Shown: positions 40,537-51,229, numbered from the stretch's first letter. The stretch: DNA of 64,000 bases from an uncultured Verrucomicrobiae bacterium (GCA_963762565.1 CAVXLD010000012.1:224001-288000), one strand, 5' to 3'. A program made the numbers and translations. Notes: a model not told the origin generated them from the sequence alone.

Positions 40537-40712
40537 TTCTCTCCGAACTGCCAATCGCAATCTAACCGCGGAGTGGTTCAATAGGGCAAAGAAATAAAAT
40601 TATGAAGGTCCTCGCATTCCGGCGACCGGCGCTGGGTTCTTCGCGCGTAATGTGACGGGGCCATGCATATACACTCCCTGGACTTCCGCCCATAAATCAA
40701 AGAATCTTTCCC

Positions 40713-42074
40713 ATGGACGACCTTTTTGCTGAAGCGGGGACGCCAGCCGCCGATCCGGTGCAAGGCAACACTCCGTTGGCGGCGCGGATGCGTCCAATGT
40801 CTCTTGATGAATTCGTTGGTCAGGACCATATCCTCGGCCCAGGAAAACTCCTACGGCGAGCGATTGAATCGGATCGGCTAACTTCGATTATCCTTTATGG
40901 ACCCCCGGGCGTTGGCAAAACGAGTCTCGCCCAAGTTATTGCAAAAACGACTAGCTGCCATTTTGAGCGTCTCAGCGGAGTCGAAAGCAGTGTCGCTGAT
41001 ATTCGAAAAACGGTGGCTGCAGCTAGCCTCCGATTAAAGAGCCGGGGAATTCGTACGATCTTATTTGTGGATGAGATTCATCGGTTCAACAAAGCACAAC
41101 AGGACGTATTGCTGCCCGATGTGGAGAGCGGTGTTGTCCGGTTAATCGGAGCTACGACTCACAACCCATTTTTTTACGTTAATAGTCCGTTGGTCTCCCG
41201 GTCTCAGATTTTTCAGTTGGAGTCTCTGTCGACGGAAGCTGTCACCCAGCTCATGCAGCGAGCGATACGGGATCCTGAGCGGGGGCTTGGGAAGATGAAG
41301 TTGGATATTGATTCAGACGCTGTCGCTTTCCTGGCAGCCTCCAGCGAGGGTGACGGCCGCCGGGCGCTAAATGGGTTGGAGATCGCGGCTTTAACCGCTC
41401 CGCGAGCTGATGATGGTTCAGTTCATATCACCCGGGCGATAGCCGCCGAATGTATCCAGAAGAAATCGATTCTTTACGATGCTGATGAGAACGAACATTA
41501 CGATACCATCAGCGCCTTTATAAAAAGTATGCGCGGGTCTGACCCGGATGCTGCTTTGTATTGGTTGGCAAAGATGTTGTATGGGGGTGAAGATCCCCGG
41601 TTCATTGCTCGGCGGATTGTGATCGCGGCAAGTGAAGACGTCGGGATGGCCGATTCACAGGCCCTAATGGTGGCAGTGGCAGCCCAACAAGCCGTGGAAT
41701 TTGTCGGAATGCCTGAAGGAAGAATACCGCTGGCTCACGCCGCGGTTTATGTCGCCACCGCACCAAAAAGCAATCGTGCTTATGTAGGACTGGAACGGGC
41801 TACAGAAGACATCAAACAAGGGAGGGTCCTGGCTGTGCCCAAGTACCTACGCGGCTCGGGCTCAAAACTCCTGGGCGGAGGCGGGGACTACAAATACGCG
41901 CACGACTATGAGGAAGGATACGTTCCGCAAGCCTACTTACCCGAAGGCCGCCGCTACTACGAGCCGAGCGAAATTGGCTTTGAACGCAAGATCAAGGAGC
42001 GCCTAGACTATTGGCGTCAGCTTTTTGAGCAATCCCAGCCAAGCTCGCCTGAAGCTCGCTTGGATGACAAATGA
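40713..42074 (+). CDS. rarA: Replication-associated recombination protein A (RarA/MgsA)
   Basis: PLAARMRP, GPPGVGKTS, DEIHRFNKAQQD, HYDTISAFIKSMRGSDPDAALYW, ASEDVG. Confidence 0.96.
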   Translation: MDDLFAEAGTPAADPVQGNTPLAARMRPMSLDEFVGQDHILGPGKLLRRAIESDRLTSIILYGPPGVGKTSLAQVIAKTTSCHFERLSGVESSVADIRKTVAAASLRLKSRGIRTILFVDEIHRFNKAQQDVLLPDVESGVVRLIGATTHNPFFYVNSPLVSRSQIFQLESLSTEAVTQLMQRAIRDPERGLGKMKLDIDSDAVAFLAASSEGDGRRALNGLEIAALTAPRADDGSVHITRAIAAECIQKKSILYDADENEHYDTISAFIKSMRGSDPDAALYWLAKMLYGGEDPRFIARRIVIAASEDVGMADSQALMVAVAAQQAVEFVGMPEGRIPLAHAAVYVATAPKSNRAYVGLERATEDIKQGRVLAVPKYLRGSGSKLLGGGGDYKYAHDYEEGYVPQAYLPEGRRYYEPSEIGFERKIKERLDYWRQLFEQSQPSSPEARLDDK

Positions 42075-42150
42075 CAAATGACAGATGACAAATTTTCCGC
42101 TGCGTCGCGTCTCGATTAATTTGTCATTTGGGATTTGTTATCTGTCATTC
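42064..42150. repeat. Inverted heptamer repeats (ATGACAA / TTGTCAT)
   Basis: GATGACAAATGACAAATGACAGATGACAAAT ... ATTTGTCATTTGGGATTTGTTATCTGTCAT; same unit at about 13680-13758, 58082-58118 and 59885-59914. Confidence 0.8.
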
Positions 42151-42174
42151 GAACGAGTTTCCGGCGAGTTCGCC

Positions 42175-42978
42175 TCAGCATTTTGTGGCCATCGCGGCTT
42201 CTTCGTCGCGCTTGCGTTTTCTCTCGATGAAACCGGAGGCGAGGATGCAGATCTCATAAAGGACATACATGGGGGTGCCCATGATGAGCATAGAAACGAT
42301 ATCCGGGGTGGGAGCGAGAAACACCGCGGCGCAGAATATCAGGACGACGGCGTAGGCTCGAGTTCGGCGAAGGAGTGAGGTGGAGACGAGTCCGAGGCGG
42401 ACCAGAACGAGAACCACAACAGGGAGCTCAAACGCTACCCCGAAACCGACGCAACATTGGGTCACAAATGAAAAGTATTCGCGAACGTTCCAGGTTGGGG
42501 TCCAATGCATCGCGATGGCGTCATGGAAAAAGAAACGCAGGGTCGGTGGCAGGACAAAGAAATAGCAGAAAACGACGCCACCCAGGAAGAGTCCAAACCC
42601 GACCAGTACCGCGGGCAACATCGCCTTCTTTTCCTGCGGGGTAAGAGCAGGCAATACAAACGTACCAGCAAAGTAAATCAGGAACGGAAAGGCGATCACT
42701 AATCCGGCGTAGAAGGCCAGCTGTATCGAGATCGTCATCGAATCTGCGACTCCGAATGCGGCCAAGCTCTTTAGAAGGTTAGGATCCAAAGCTTGCAACG
42801 GATGCTGCAGGATATCAGCAAGTTGATAACGGAAGCAGAAGGACAGCATCATGGCGATCCCAAGGGAAATCGCCATTTTGACGATGACCCACCGCAGATC
42901 TTCCAGGTGATCCAGGAATGGTTTGACTGCTTCCGGATCGTTTCCTTCCCGGAATTTGAAAAAGTTCGAGAGCTTCAT
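42175..42978 (-). CDS. tatC: Twin-arginine translocase subunit TatC
   Basis: KPFLDHLEDLR, FVLPALT..EK, FGVAFELP, AP.PD..SM...P...LYE. Confidence 0.95.
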   Translation of the reverse strand: MKLSNFFKFREGNDPEAVKPFLDHLEDLRWVIVKMAISLGIAMMLSFCFRYQLADILQHPLQALDPNLLKSLAAFGVADSMTISIQLAFYAGLVIAFPFLIYFAGTFVLPALTPQEKKAMLPAVLVGFGLFLGGVVFCYFFVLPPTLRFFFHDAIAMHWTPTWNVREYFSFVTQCCVGFGVAFELPVVVLVLVRLGLVSTSLLRRTRAYAVVLIFCAAVFLAPTPDIVSMLIMGTPMYVLYEICILASGFIERKRKRDEEAAMATKC

Positions 42979-43054
42979 TCAGGCTGCATTTCTAGCAAAT
43001 CTATAGCTCACAAAACTAACGCATGCTACCGGTCCGGCAGCTGCCGGTCGTCCG

Positions 43055-43633
43055 TCATACAAACCCCCACGTCACCATTCTGGCGAACAACGCCAATGTA
43101 TTGGCATCCTGAATGGTACTATCAGCGATCATCCCGCGTAATTCATCCAGACTGAATTCCCGGTGCTGGGAAATCGCTTCCGCTTGTTCGGGACGGGATC
43201 CGAGCTCGTTCTCGCGCACGGATCTGGCCACAAAAAGGTGGTTTTCCTCATCAGTGAAACCTTGGGAAGGGAAGTAATGCCCGAGATAGGTGAGACCTTC
43301 TGCCGACGTCAACTCGTAACCCGCTTCTTCCGCTAGTTCGCGTAAGACCGTATTCCGTAGCTGTTCGGGACTCGGAGCTTTTGATTCATCGACTTGGCCG
43401 GCCGGAAATTCCCAGAGCCAACGCCGGACCGGAATTCGGGCTTGATGTATCAACACGAAACGGCCTTCGCTTGTAATCGGTGCAACCACTACCGCTTTTT
43501 TTCGGCCGACCACCGTCCAACGACGCGGCCGATTTTCACCTGGAATGACGACCGTTTCATCCCGTACCTCAATATGAGCGTTACGGAACAAGACGTCGCT
43601 TTGGGAAACGACCCAGTCGGTATCGTCATTCAC
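43055..43633 (-). CDS. NUDIX hydrolase (ADP-ribose pyrophosphatase-like)
   Basis: WEFPAGQVD ... RELAEEAG Nudix box, SQGFTDE; GTG start overlapping the argH stop is assumed. Confidence 0.88.
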   Translation of the reverse strand: MNDDTDWVVSQSDVLFRNAHIEVRDETVVIPGENRPRRWTVVGRKKAVVVAPITSEGRFVLIHQARIPVRRWLWEFPAGQVDESKAPSPEQLRNTVLRELAEEAGYELTSAEGLTYLGHYFPSQGFTDEENHLFVARSVRENELGSRPEQAEAISQHREFSLDELRGMIADSTIQDANTLALFARMVTWGFV

Positions 43634-44993
43634 GAAGCCTTGCGTCCCATGCTTCCAGCTCCGCCGCAACATTTTTTGCCGAGGGCGCGCCGATGGCGAC
43701 TCGTTTACTCATCGCCATATCCAGTTGAAACACCTGATAAAGGTCAGATTCAAACCGGTCGCTGAATCTGCGGAACTCCTCCAACGAAAGGTTTGGCAAC
43801 CCGCGTTGCTGCTGTTGGGCATACGCTACGAGGCCACCAATTGCTTCGTGCGCTTTTCGGAACGGCAGGCCGTGCAAGACGAGGTAATCCGCTAAATCAG
43901 TGGCCAATAGTGCCGGATCACTGGCCGCTCGCTCCATCGTTCCGGTATCGAACTCGAGCTCCCGGACCATGGCGGTGTAAACTTCCAATACCAGCCTGAC
44001 TTGGTCGATCGAATCGAAGACCGCCTCCTTATCCTCTTGCAGATCCCGGTTGTACGTCATGGGCAACCCCTTAGTAACAGTCAGGAGAGTTACCAAATTC
44101 CCAATGAGTCGCCCGGTCTTGCCTCGGGTCAGCTCACAGACATCCGGGTTCTTTTTTTGGGGCATCAGGCTGGACCCGGTGCTGTAACCGTCACTGATCC
44201 GCACGAACTTAAATTCAGAAGAAGCAAACAGGATCAAGTCTTCACTTAATCGGGAGAGATGGACGCCGACCATGGCCAACACAAAAAGCACTTCTGCCAC
44301 AAAATCGCGGTCGCTGACTGCGTCCATGCTGTTATGAGTGACCTCCGGGAAATCCAGGAGCCGAGCTACGTATTCCCGGTCGATCGGAATAGTTGATCCG
44401 GCGATTGCTCCCGAACCCAACGGCATCCGATTGATCCGTTTACGGGCATCGGCCAATCGTTCCTTGTCCCGTTCGAGCATTTCCGTATACGCGAGCAAGT
44501 GATGAGCGAGCAAGACAGGCTGTGCTCGCTGCAGGTGGGTGTAACCCGGGAGGATAGCGCCTGGATGTTTTCGGCTCACCTCGATCAGCGCTCGTTGCAA
44601 ACCGATCAAGAGGTTCCGCAACTCGACGCACTCGTTGCGTAGGTAGAGACGCAAATCGAGAGCCACCTGGTCGTTCCGGCTGCGGGCGGTGTGCAATTTA
44701 GCGCCCGCCGGTCCGATTCGAGTCGTTAAGACGGACTCGATATTCATGTGGATGTCTTCCAACTCGATTCGAAATTGGAACGTGCCGGCCTCGATCTCTT
44801 TCTCGATCTCCAGCAGGCCGGTCTCGATCTGGGACAACTCCTCGGCGGTCAGCAGCCCGGCTTTGTGTAAGGCCTTTGCGTGAGCGATCGACCCAAGGAT
44901 ATCAAACTTGAACAGCCGCCAATCGAACGAGATGGATTCAGATAAGCGCTGCATCGCGGCCGCGGTCACTTGTTGGAAACGTCCTCTCAACAT
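43626..44993 (-). CDS. argH: Argininosuccinate lyase
   Basis: EDIHMNIE, LHTARSRNDQV, PGYTHLQRAQP, STGSSLMPQKKNPD, YNRDLQEDKE. Confidence 0.97.
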   Translation of the reverse strand: MLRGRFQQVTAAAMQRLSESISFDWRLFKFDILGSIAHAKALHKAGLLTAEELSQIETGLLEIEKEIEAGTFQFRIELEDIHMNIESVLTTRIGPAGAKLHTARSRNDQVALDLRLYLRNECVELRNLLIGLQRALIEVSRKHPGAILPGYTHLQRAQPVLLAHHLLAYTEMLERDKERLADARKRINRMPLGSGAIAGSTIPIDREYVARLLDFPEVTHNSMDAVSDRDFVAEVLFVLAMVGVHLSRLSEDLILFASSEFKFVRISDGYSTGSSLMPQKKNPDVCELTRGKTGRLIGNLVTLLTVTKGLPMTYNRDLQEDKEAVFDSIDQVRLVLEVYTAMVRELEFDTGTMERAASDPALLATDLADYLVLHGLPFRKAHEAIGGLVAYAQQQQRGLPNLSLEEFRRFSDRFESDLYQVFQLDMAMSKRVAIGAPSAKNVAAELEAWDARLRE

Positions 44994-45118
44994 GGAGAGC
45001 GAAGCTAAGCTGGGCGGCGCAGACCGCCCAGAAGTTTTTCTGCGCTTCTTATCTCGATAGTCAGAGGTTCCTTTCCGCCGCGGCTTGCTCTCTTTCAGAA
45101 TGTCGCTGTCTTTTTCGC

Positions 45119-46096
45119 CTACGCGAGGTGCGGCGAATGGGACAGGGCAGACATCGGTGACGACGGATCGATGGGCAGTTCCGACGGGTAAGGCATGCTG
45201 TCTTCTGCACCATGCCGAGAGAAGCTGAACGCCATCGCTTGAGCTCCCACATAGGTAGCATGAGCCAGATCTCCGCTGCCCACTAAAGCGATACCGGCCC
45301 AGGCGGTAAGGCATTCAACAGAGCCTGCATCTTGCACAAAAGGCGCCGTTGGGACCGGTTGGATCCCGCATTTTGTTCCATCAGAAAATATTAACCAATG
45401 ATGTTGCTGTTTGATGATCACGTTCTCAACCCCGCGCTGATGCAACTCGCGAATTGCGTGGTCTAAGTCATCACGTCCGGTCAGCAAAAGCGCGTCAAAA
45501 TCATCTGCGACCACTAAATAATAAGATCCCATCGGGAACTGAACCGGCTGTTGAACGGGCGCCGCGTGCACGACCAAGCGCTTTCTGTGGTGGTGGCATA
45601 GCCGGTAAATTTCCAATAAGACGGAGGGAGAAATCTCAAACTGAGTAAAGACGAGGTCGCTTCTCCGGATAGCGGGTTCAACTTTCCGCACCAGAGCGGG
45701 CGAGAACTGAATGTTGGCGGATGTTGAAACCAGGGCTGCGTGAGCGGCTGTCTTCCGTTCTTGGAAAATCATGGCGACGCCAGTCTTGGACGACGGCAAC
45801 TCGATAAAATCAGAAATGTCGATGCCTTCCCTGGCCAATCGTTCGAGCGCCAGTCCCCCGAAGGTATCCCGGCCATGCGCGCCAACAAATTTTACTTGGC
45901 ACCCGTAGCGTGCGGCAGCCACGGCACAGTTCGCCCCTCTGCCACCGGAAAACATTTCGAAATCTCCACCCAGTATAGACTGCCCTTTAACCGGTATAGC
46001 GTTACACCAAATCACGAGATCCGTGTTGTAACTGCCGATGACAACCACTTGCAGACTTCGATACTTAATTGGCGACGACATAAGGAGGACTGTCAA
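45119..46096 (-). CDS. PfkB/ribokinase-like protein with degenerate catalytic motifs
   Basis: VVIGSYNTDL, GGRGANCAVAAAR, GAHGRDTFG, TGVA; the GAGD position reads GSVE. Confidence 0.8.
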   Translation of the reverse strand: MTVLLMSSPIKYRSLQVVVIGSYNTDLVIWCNAIPVKGQSILGGDFEMFSGGRGANCAVAAARYGCQVKFVGAHGRDTFGGLALERLAREGIDISDFIELPSSKTGVAMIFQERKTAAHAALVSTSANIQFSPALVRKVEPAIRRSDLVFTQFEISPSVLLEIYRLCHHHRKRLVVHAAPVQQPVQFPMGSYYLVVADDFDALLLTGRDDLDHAIRELHQRGVENVIIKQQHHWLIFSDGTKCGIQPVPTAPFVQDAGSVECLTAWAGIALVGSGDLAHATYVGAQAMAFSFSRHGAEDSMPYPSELPIDPSSPMSALSHSPHLA

Positions 46097-46231
46097 GAAT
46101 GCGTCCGTCCCGGGTAACCAACAATCTATACGAACAAAGTGACCAATACAAGGTCCGTTAGACCCTACTAAGTTATTGGATTTGCGGAACTTACAGTTGT
46201 CGGCACACTGCTTCTCGCTAATTCCCTGGGT

Positions 46232-47443
46232 TCATCCCAGCCCGAACCCGGCGTGAACAATATTTGCGCCCTCATCGACCCGGTCCTCGTCCACGATAAC
46301 TGAGATCTTGATTTCCGAAGTGGAGATCATCTGCATGTTGATCCCGGCATGCCCGAGTAGCTCAAACATTTTAGCCGCGACCCCGGAGTGCGAACGCATC
46401 CCGATACCGATAACGCTGAGTTTAGCAATGCCGCCAACGGCTTTGAATCCTTTGGCGCCAATCTCGGTAACGATCGGATCCAAACAACGTTCGATCTTGG
46501 GCAGCTCGTCGGCTTGAATCGTGAAAGTGATGTCGGTCGTACCCTCGGCAGAGACGTTCTGTACGATCATATCGACATTCAAATTGGCGGCGGCGATGGC
46601 ATTAAAGACCCTGGATGCGACACCGGGCCGGTCTGGGACTTGGCTGACCGTCACCTTGGCCTGGCGTCGATCCACGGTGATCCCTCGGATCACCACTTTT
46701 TCCATACTGGCAGTTTCTTCTTTCACGATAGTTCCGGGTTCATGGTTAAAACTGCAACGAACCTCAAAAACGACTCCGAACTTTTTGGCGAATTCGACGG
46801 CCCGCGATTGCATGACCTTGGCTCCCAGGCTGGCCATCTCCAGCATCTCATCGTAAGAGATCTCGGAGATCTTCTGGGCACTCGGCACAATGCGGGGGTC
46901 ACAGGTATATACGCCTTTAACGTCGGTAAGAATCTGGCAAAGATCTGCATTGATCGAAGCTGCCAATGCTATCGCCGTTAGGTCTGAACCGCCTCTTCCC
47001 AGGGTCGTAATCTGGCCCTCCAAGCTTTCCCCTTGGAAGCCGGCCACGATCACAATGCTGCCTGAATCCAGCAAAAGATGGATCCGCTTTGGAGAAATAT
47101 TAGCGATTTTCGCTTTAGTGTGAACCCCGTCGGTCACGATCCCGGCTTGAGCACCCGTCAGCGAAGTGGCCTGGCCGCCCAGTCCATTAATGGCCATTGC
47201 CGTCAAAGCGATCGTGGTTTGTTCTCCGGTGGCCAGAAGGACATCCATCTCGCGTTCGCTCGGATGTGGCGCCACTTCGCTTGCCAATTTGATCAGGCTG
47301 TCCGTCATCCCTGACATCGCAGAGACTACCACCACGACTTGGTTCCCGGCCTTTTGAGTCTCTAAAATCCTTTTCGCGACGTTCTGGATTCGTTCGGGAT
47401 TGGCGACCGAAGTCCCACCATATTTCTGGACGATAAGGCTCAT
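46232..47443 (-). CDS. lysC: Aspartate kinase (two ACT domains)
   Basis: MSLIVQKYGGTSV, VVVVSAM, TTLGRGGSD, DPRIV, ISTSEIKIS. Confidence 0.96.
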   Translation of the reverse strand: MSLIVQKYGGTSVANPERIQNVAKRILETQKAGNQVVVVVSAMSGMTDSLIKLASEVAPHPSEREMDVLLATGEQTTIALTAMAINGLGGQATSLTGAQAGIVTDGVHTKAKIANISPKRIHLLLDSGSIVIVAGFQGESLEGQITTLGRGGSDLTAIALAASINADLCQILTDVKGVYTCDPRIVPSAQKISEISYDEMLEMASLGAKVMQSRAVEFAKKFGVVFEVRCSFNHEPGTIVKEETASMEKVVIRGITVDRRQAKVTVSQVPDRPGVASRVFNAIAAANLNVDMIVQNVSAEGTTDITFTIQADELPKIERCLDPIVTEIGAKGFKAVGGIAKLSVIGIGMRSHSGVAAKMFELLGHAGINMQMISTSEIKISVIVDEDRVDEGANIVHAGFGLG

Positions 47444-48528
47444 GACAACAGACCTAGAACCGATTCTTTGGTCGCCTCCGCTTTTAACGGCGCCGGACAG
47501 CGCTCTAAAACCGAAGCCACATCCTTTAATCCGTGACCGGTTAACGTTAAAACGATATTGCTCTGCTCCGGCAGCTGAGCCAACGGACAGGTGTGGCATC
47601 GCCGGGCTGGGTCTGCACACTTCATCAATCCGGCCACGGAAGCTGCGCTGGCCGGCTCGGCAAAAACCCCCTCGTTGGCGGCTAACCAGCTTTGAGCAGT
47701 GAAAATCTCGTCGTCTGTAACGATGTCAATCTCGCCGCCTGACTCTTTAATTGCGATTTTGGCGGGCCCCCAACTGGCCGGGTTCCCGATCCGAATGGCT
47801 GATGCTGCCGTCTCCGGGGAGGGAACGACTTGGTCAAAGAAGATCGGAGCCGCTCCAGCCGCCTGAAAACCGAGCATGCGCGGCGTGCGGCTGGCACGGT
47901 GCCGGTACTCTAGATAGCCTTTCCAATAGGCTGTGATGTTGCCGGCGTTTCCAACCGGCAAAATGTGTATCTCGGGGGCATCACCAAGCTCATCGACGAT
48001 CTCAAAAGAGGCGGTCTTCTGGCCTTCGATACGATCGGGGTTAATCGAATTTACGACTGCAACCGTAGGCTCCTTTTGGAGTTCGCGGATCACGTTCAGA
48101 CAGGCATCGAAGTTGCCATCGATCCCGATGACGGTTGCGCCGTAGACAAACGCTTGAGCGATTTTACCCGCAGCGATTTTGCCGGCTGGCAAAAGTACAG
48201 CGCAGCGCATACCGGCCCGAGCGGCATAAGCGGCCGCGGCAGCGGATGTGTTTCCGGTTGAAGCACAGACCAAAGTCTTCGCGCCTCGCTGCGCCGCCAG
48301 GCTCACCGCTAGCGTCATTCCACGATCCTTAAACGAGCCCGTCGGATTGGCGCCCTCGAATTTTAGAAAGACGCGGCAACCTTTCCCCACCAACGCCGCA
48401 AGTTTGGGCGACTCAATTAACGGGGTTGATCCCTCGCCCAACGTGACCACTGGGGTCGCTTCTGTGACCGGGAGCAGGTTGCGGTATCGGCCAATTACTC
48501 CGACAGACCGATCGGTTCTCGGGTTCAT
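47440..48528 (-). CDS. thrC: Threonine synthase
   Basis: TLGEG.TPL, NPTGSFKDRG, CASTGNTS, PVGNAGN, FAEPASA, TLTGHGLKD. Confidence 0.95.
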   Translation of the reverse strand: MNPRTDRSVGVIGRYRNLLPVTEATPVVTLGEGSTPLIESPKLAALVGKGCRVFLKFEGANPTGSFKDRGMTLAVSLAAQRGAKTLVCASTGNTSAAAAAYAARAGMRCAVLLPAGKIAAGKIAQAFVYGATVIGIDGNFDACLNVIRELQKEPTVAVVNSINPDRIEGQKTASFEIVDELGDAPEIHILPVGNAGNITAYWKGYLEYRHRASRTPRMLGFQAAGAAPIFFDQVVPSPETAASAIRIGNPASWGPAKIAIKESGGEIDIVTDDEIFTAQSWLAANEGVFAEPASAASVAGLMKCADPARRCHTCPLAQLPEQSNIVLTLTGHGLKDVASVLERCPAPLKAEATKESVLGLLS

Positions 48529-49814
48529 GTCAAAATCCAGAGCAGGATCGGCGGGCCCTTTACGCATGCGAGACGCTTTATCTCTTCAACGGCCGTGCGC
48601 ATCCGGCCAAAAGGCGCATTGTGAATCATCAGGACAAGAGGGACCGCGGCAGCGTCATGGCCCTCGGGTTGGATCATAGACGAAATACCGATGTCGTGCG
48701 TCCCAAGGATCCCGGCGACCTGTGCCAAAACCCCTGGGCGATCGTCCACGGTCAGCCGCAAATAGAAGCCTGAAACCAACTCATCGGTCGGCAAGCATTT
48801 CCCATAAAGGCCATGCGGCGTAAACCCGAAGGCTTTCCCTCCGGAATCGATCCAGATGGCGGCTTGAGCCAAATCGCTGATGACGGCGCTCGCCGTTGGG
48901 TCCTGTCCTGCCCCTCGCCCGTAGAATAGGGTATCGCCGACGATATCGCCTCGCACCATCAATGCATTAAAGACGCCGTTGACTGATGCGAGGACATGTC
49001 CTTGGGGCACCAGGGTCGGATTCACCCTTACCTCAACCGATGAATTCGAGTCCGCTCGGATTGTTGCTACCAGCTTGATCCGGTACCCAAGGTCATGAGC
49101 GAAACGGATATCGGCTGCGGAAACGTGCTCAATCCCCTCGACATAAACTAATCTGCTATCGACCCAGAAGCCGTACGCTAATGACGCTAGAATGATCGCT
49201 TTGTGGGCAGCGTCCCAACCGTTGATATCCAAGGTCGGGTCGGCTTCGGCGTATCCATTCGCTTGTGCCTCTTGGAGCGCTTCCGGGAAATCAATGCCCG
49301 CCTCTGTCATCCGGCTCAGTATGTAATTGCTGGTACCGTTTAAAATGGCGTGGATCGATTGTAAGTGGTTACCAATGAACCCCTCCCGAATCGATTTGAT
49401 GATAGGGATTCCCCCGGCGACCGCTGCCTCGAAAAACACTGGTACATTGACATCGGCAGCGAGCTCGAAGATCTCGGCTCCTTTTTCAGCAAGTAACGCC
49501 TTGTTGCCGGTGATCACCGGTTTACCGGCTTTCAGTGCTCGCTTGAAAAGTTCGTAAGGGAGATCGATACCGCCGATCAACTCGACCACGATACCGACTT
49601 CCGGGTCGTCCACCACGCTTTCCCATCGATCCGAGAGGATGGCCGCGGGCGGTTGCACACTTCTGGGCGTGGACAAGTTGCGGACGGCGATTCGGCGAAC
49701 CTCCAATTCCAGGCCCACTCGTTCAGTCAAAAGCAAATTGTTTTGGAGCAGCGATCGATAGACACCAGTTCCAACGGTGCCCAATCCGGCCAGACCAATC
49801 CCGATCTTTTGCAT
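48525..49814 (-). CDS. hom: Homoserine dehydrogenase (C-terminal ACT)
   Basis: GLGTVG, FEAAVAGGIP, NGTSNYIL, GYAEADP..D..G.DAAHK, YGRGAG..PTASAV; ATGA overlaps link hom-thrC-lysC. Confidence 0.96.
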   Translation of the reverse strand: MQKIGIGLAGLGTVGTGVYRSLLQNNLLLTERVGLELEVRRIAVRNLSTPRSVQPPAAILSDRWESVVDDPEVGIVVELIGGIDLPYELFKRALKAGKPVITGNKALLAEKGAEIFELAADVNVPVFFEAAVAGGIPIIKSIREGFIGNHLQSIHAILNGTSNYILSRMTEAGIDFPEALQEAQANGYAEADPTLDINGWDAAHKAIILASLAYGFWVDSRLVYVEGIEHVSAADIRFAHDLGYRIKLVATIRADSNSSVEVRVNPTLVPQGHVLASVNGVFNALMVRGDIVGDTLFYGRGAGQDPTASAVISDLAQAAIWIDSGGKAFGFTPHGLYGKCLPTDELVSGFYLRLTVDDRPGVLAQVAGILGTHDIGISSMIQPEGHDAAAVPLVLMIHNAPFGRMRTAVEEIKRLACVKGPPILLWILT

Positions 49815-50040
49815 ACAGAAGAGGCGCACCTTCGTGGAATCAGGGGGCAGTGTAAAGTAGAACGTGAGACGTGAGAAGTGAGAGGTGAGAAGTGATTGGT
49901 TGAAGCGCCTCGGGGTGGAAAGCATAAGCGCCGTGTCGTAGGCTTGGCGAAAGCCAGGCACGGTTCAGGCTCAGCATCGTCCATGGCGCCGCTACCACCA
50001 ATCACTTCTCACCAATCACTTCTCACCTCTCACGTAAGAG

Positions 50041-50805
50041 ATGGATTCTACCCAACGTTTCAGCGATCGAGTTGAAAATTACGCCAAATTTCGGCCCAAT
50101 TATCCCGATGCGTTAATCCGATTTGTACTCGAGCGATTGCCCGCGCCTGCGGTGATTGCGGATATCGGCTCAGGGACGGGGATTCTGTCTGATCAATTGC
50201 TTGGCGCCGGATACACGGTGTTTGGGGTTGAACCCAATGAGCCGATGCGCCTGGAAGCAGAACGGCGCCTCGGTACTCGGTCGCGGTTCCAGAGCCTAGC
50301 TGGCACCGCTGAGGCCACAACGCTGGCTACGGGCTCGGCTCAGGCGATCACCTGTGCACAGTCCTTTCATTGGTTCGATCGGACGCGTTGCCGGGCCGAG
50401 TTCGACCGGATTCTGCAGTTGCCGAGACTCGTGTTGTTGATTTGGAATGAGCGAGCTTCAGGCGATTTAATGGAGGAGTACGACCAGATCTTACAAGAGT
50501 CTGCGGCGGACTATCACAGTGTGAGCCAGCGTAATATTACCGATGTTGATGCTGCTGAGTTTTTCGCGCCGTACTCGGTCGAGAGATTCCATTTTCCGCA
50601 TGCGCAATGCTTGGACCGAGAAAGTTTCCTCGGTCGAGTGCTTTCCTCCTCCTATTTTCCGAATGTGGGACAACCAGGGCACGAAATCGCCATGGAGAAG
50701 ATGCAGGCGTTCTTTGACAGATCCGCTCCGTCCGGCCGCTTCGATTTTCCGTATGAGACCCGAGTCTATGCGGCGTGCCTTACCGGTTCACGGTCTGCTC
50801 CTTGA
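50041..50805 (+). CDS. Class I SAM-dependent methyltransferase
   Basis: RFSDRVENY...RP.YP, IADIGSGTG, VEPN..M, AQSFHWFD, LSSSY. Confidence 0.9.
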   Translation: MDSTQRFSDRVENYAKFRPNYPDALIRFVLERLPAPAVIADIGSGTGILSDQLLGAGYTVFGVEPNEPMRLEAERRLGTRSRFQSLAGTAEATTLATGSAQAITCAQSFHWFDRTRCRAEFDRILQLPRLVLLIWNERASGDLMEEYDQILQESAADYHSVSQRNITDVDAAEFFAPYSVERFHFPHAQCLDRESFLGRVLSSSYFPNVGQPGHEIAMEKMQAFFDRSAPSGRFDFPYETRVYAACLTGSRSAP

Positions 50806-50830
50806 AAGCAACGCCGGTGTCACTCCCTTT

Positions 50831-51229
50831 TCAATACCTGATAAAGCCGAACAAGAGGTGAGGATGCCGGCGTTTCCACTCGTCGCTGGATGTGTCCCGA
50901 TATTGTGTCGTATAGCCGGTGCTGGGGACCTGCTGGAAAATCCGGTAGACCCTGATGTGATTATAGGTCGGGTCGACCCTCGATTGTGAGACGCTGACTG
51001 GATCGGCGGCGACATGACTGCCCTTCGAAGCCGTTGTGGAGCGGCTAGCACTCGTCGCGCTGGCTGAATGACCTGAGGTGCCCGCTGAATGACCGCCTCC
51101 TGAGGAACCACCTCCCCCGCCTGACCCACCCGAACCATGACCTCCGTGGGCAGAAGCCACGTTGGCGAACGGCAAACCGGCGATCGCGATCACCAGGAGC
51201 ATACGCCTTAAAAACGCATTTGCGCCCAT
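50831..51229 (-). CDS. Small exported Gly/Ser-rich hypothetical protein
   Basis: GAAGGAGG RBS, signal peptide (ASA-H), HGGHGSGGSGGGGG low-complexity segment. Confidence 0.65.
   Translation of the reverse strand: MGANAFLRRMLLVIAIAGLPFANVASAHGGHGSGGSGGGGGSSGGGHSAGTSGHSASATSASRSTTASKGSHVAADPVSVSQSRVDPTYNHIRVYRIFQQVPSTGYTTQYRDTSSDEWKRRHPHLLFGFIRY

Noticed and set aside
44994..45314. Long N-terminal extensions of argH (likewise lysC, hom, alr, DUF62, APH)
   Set aside because: These are artefacts of longest-ORF calling that run into neighbouring genes or repeats; family homology starts at downstream starts.
49815..50040. Thr/Ile leader peptide or riboswitch before hom-thrC-lysC
   Set aside because: No Thr/Ile-rich uORF or recognisable aptamer; the region is occupied by tandem repeats.
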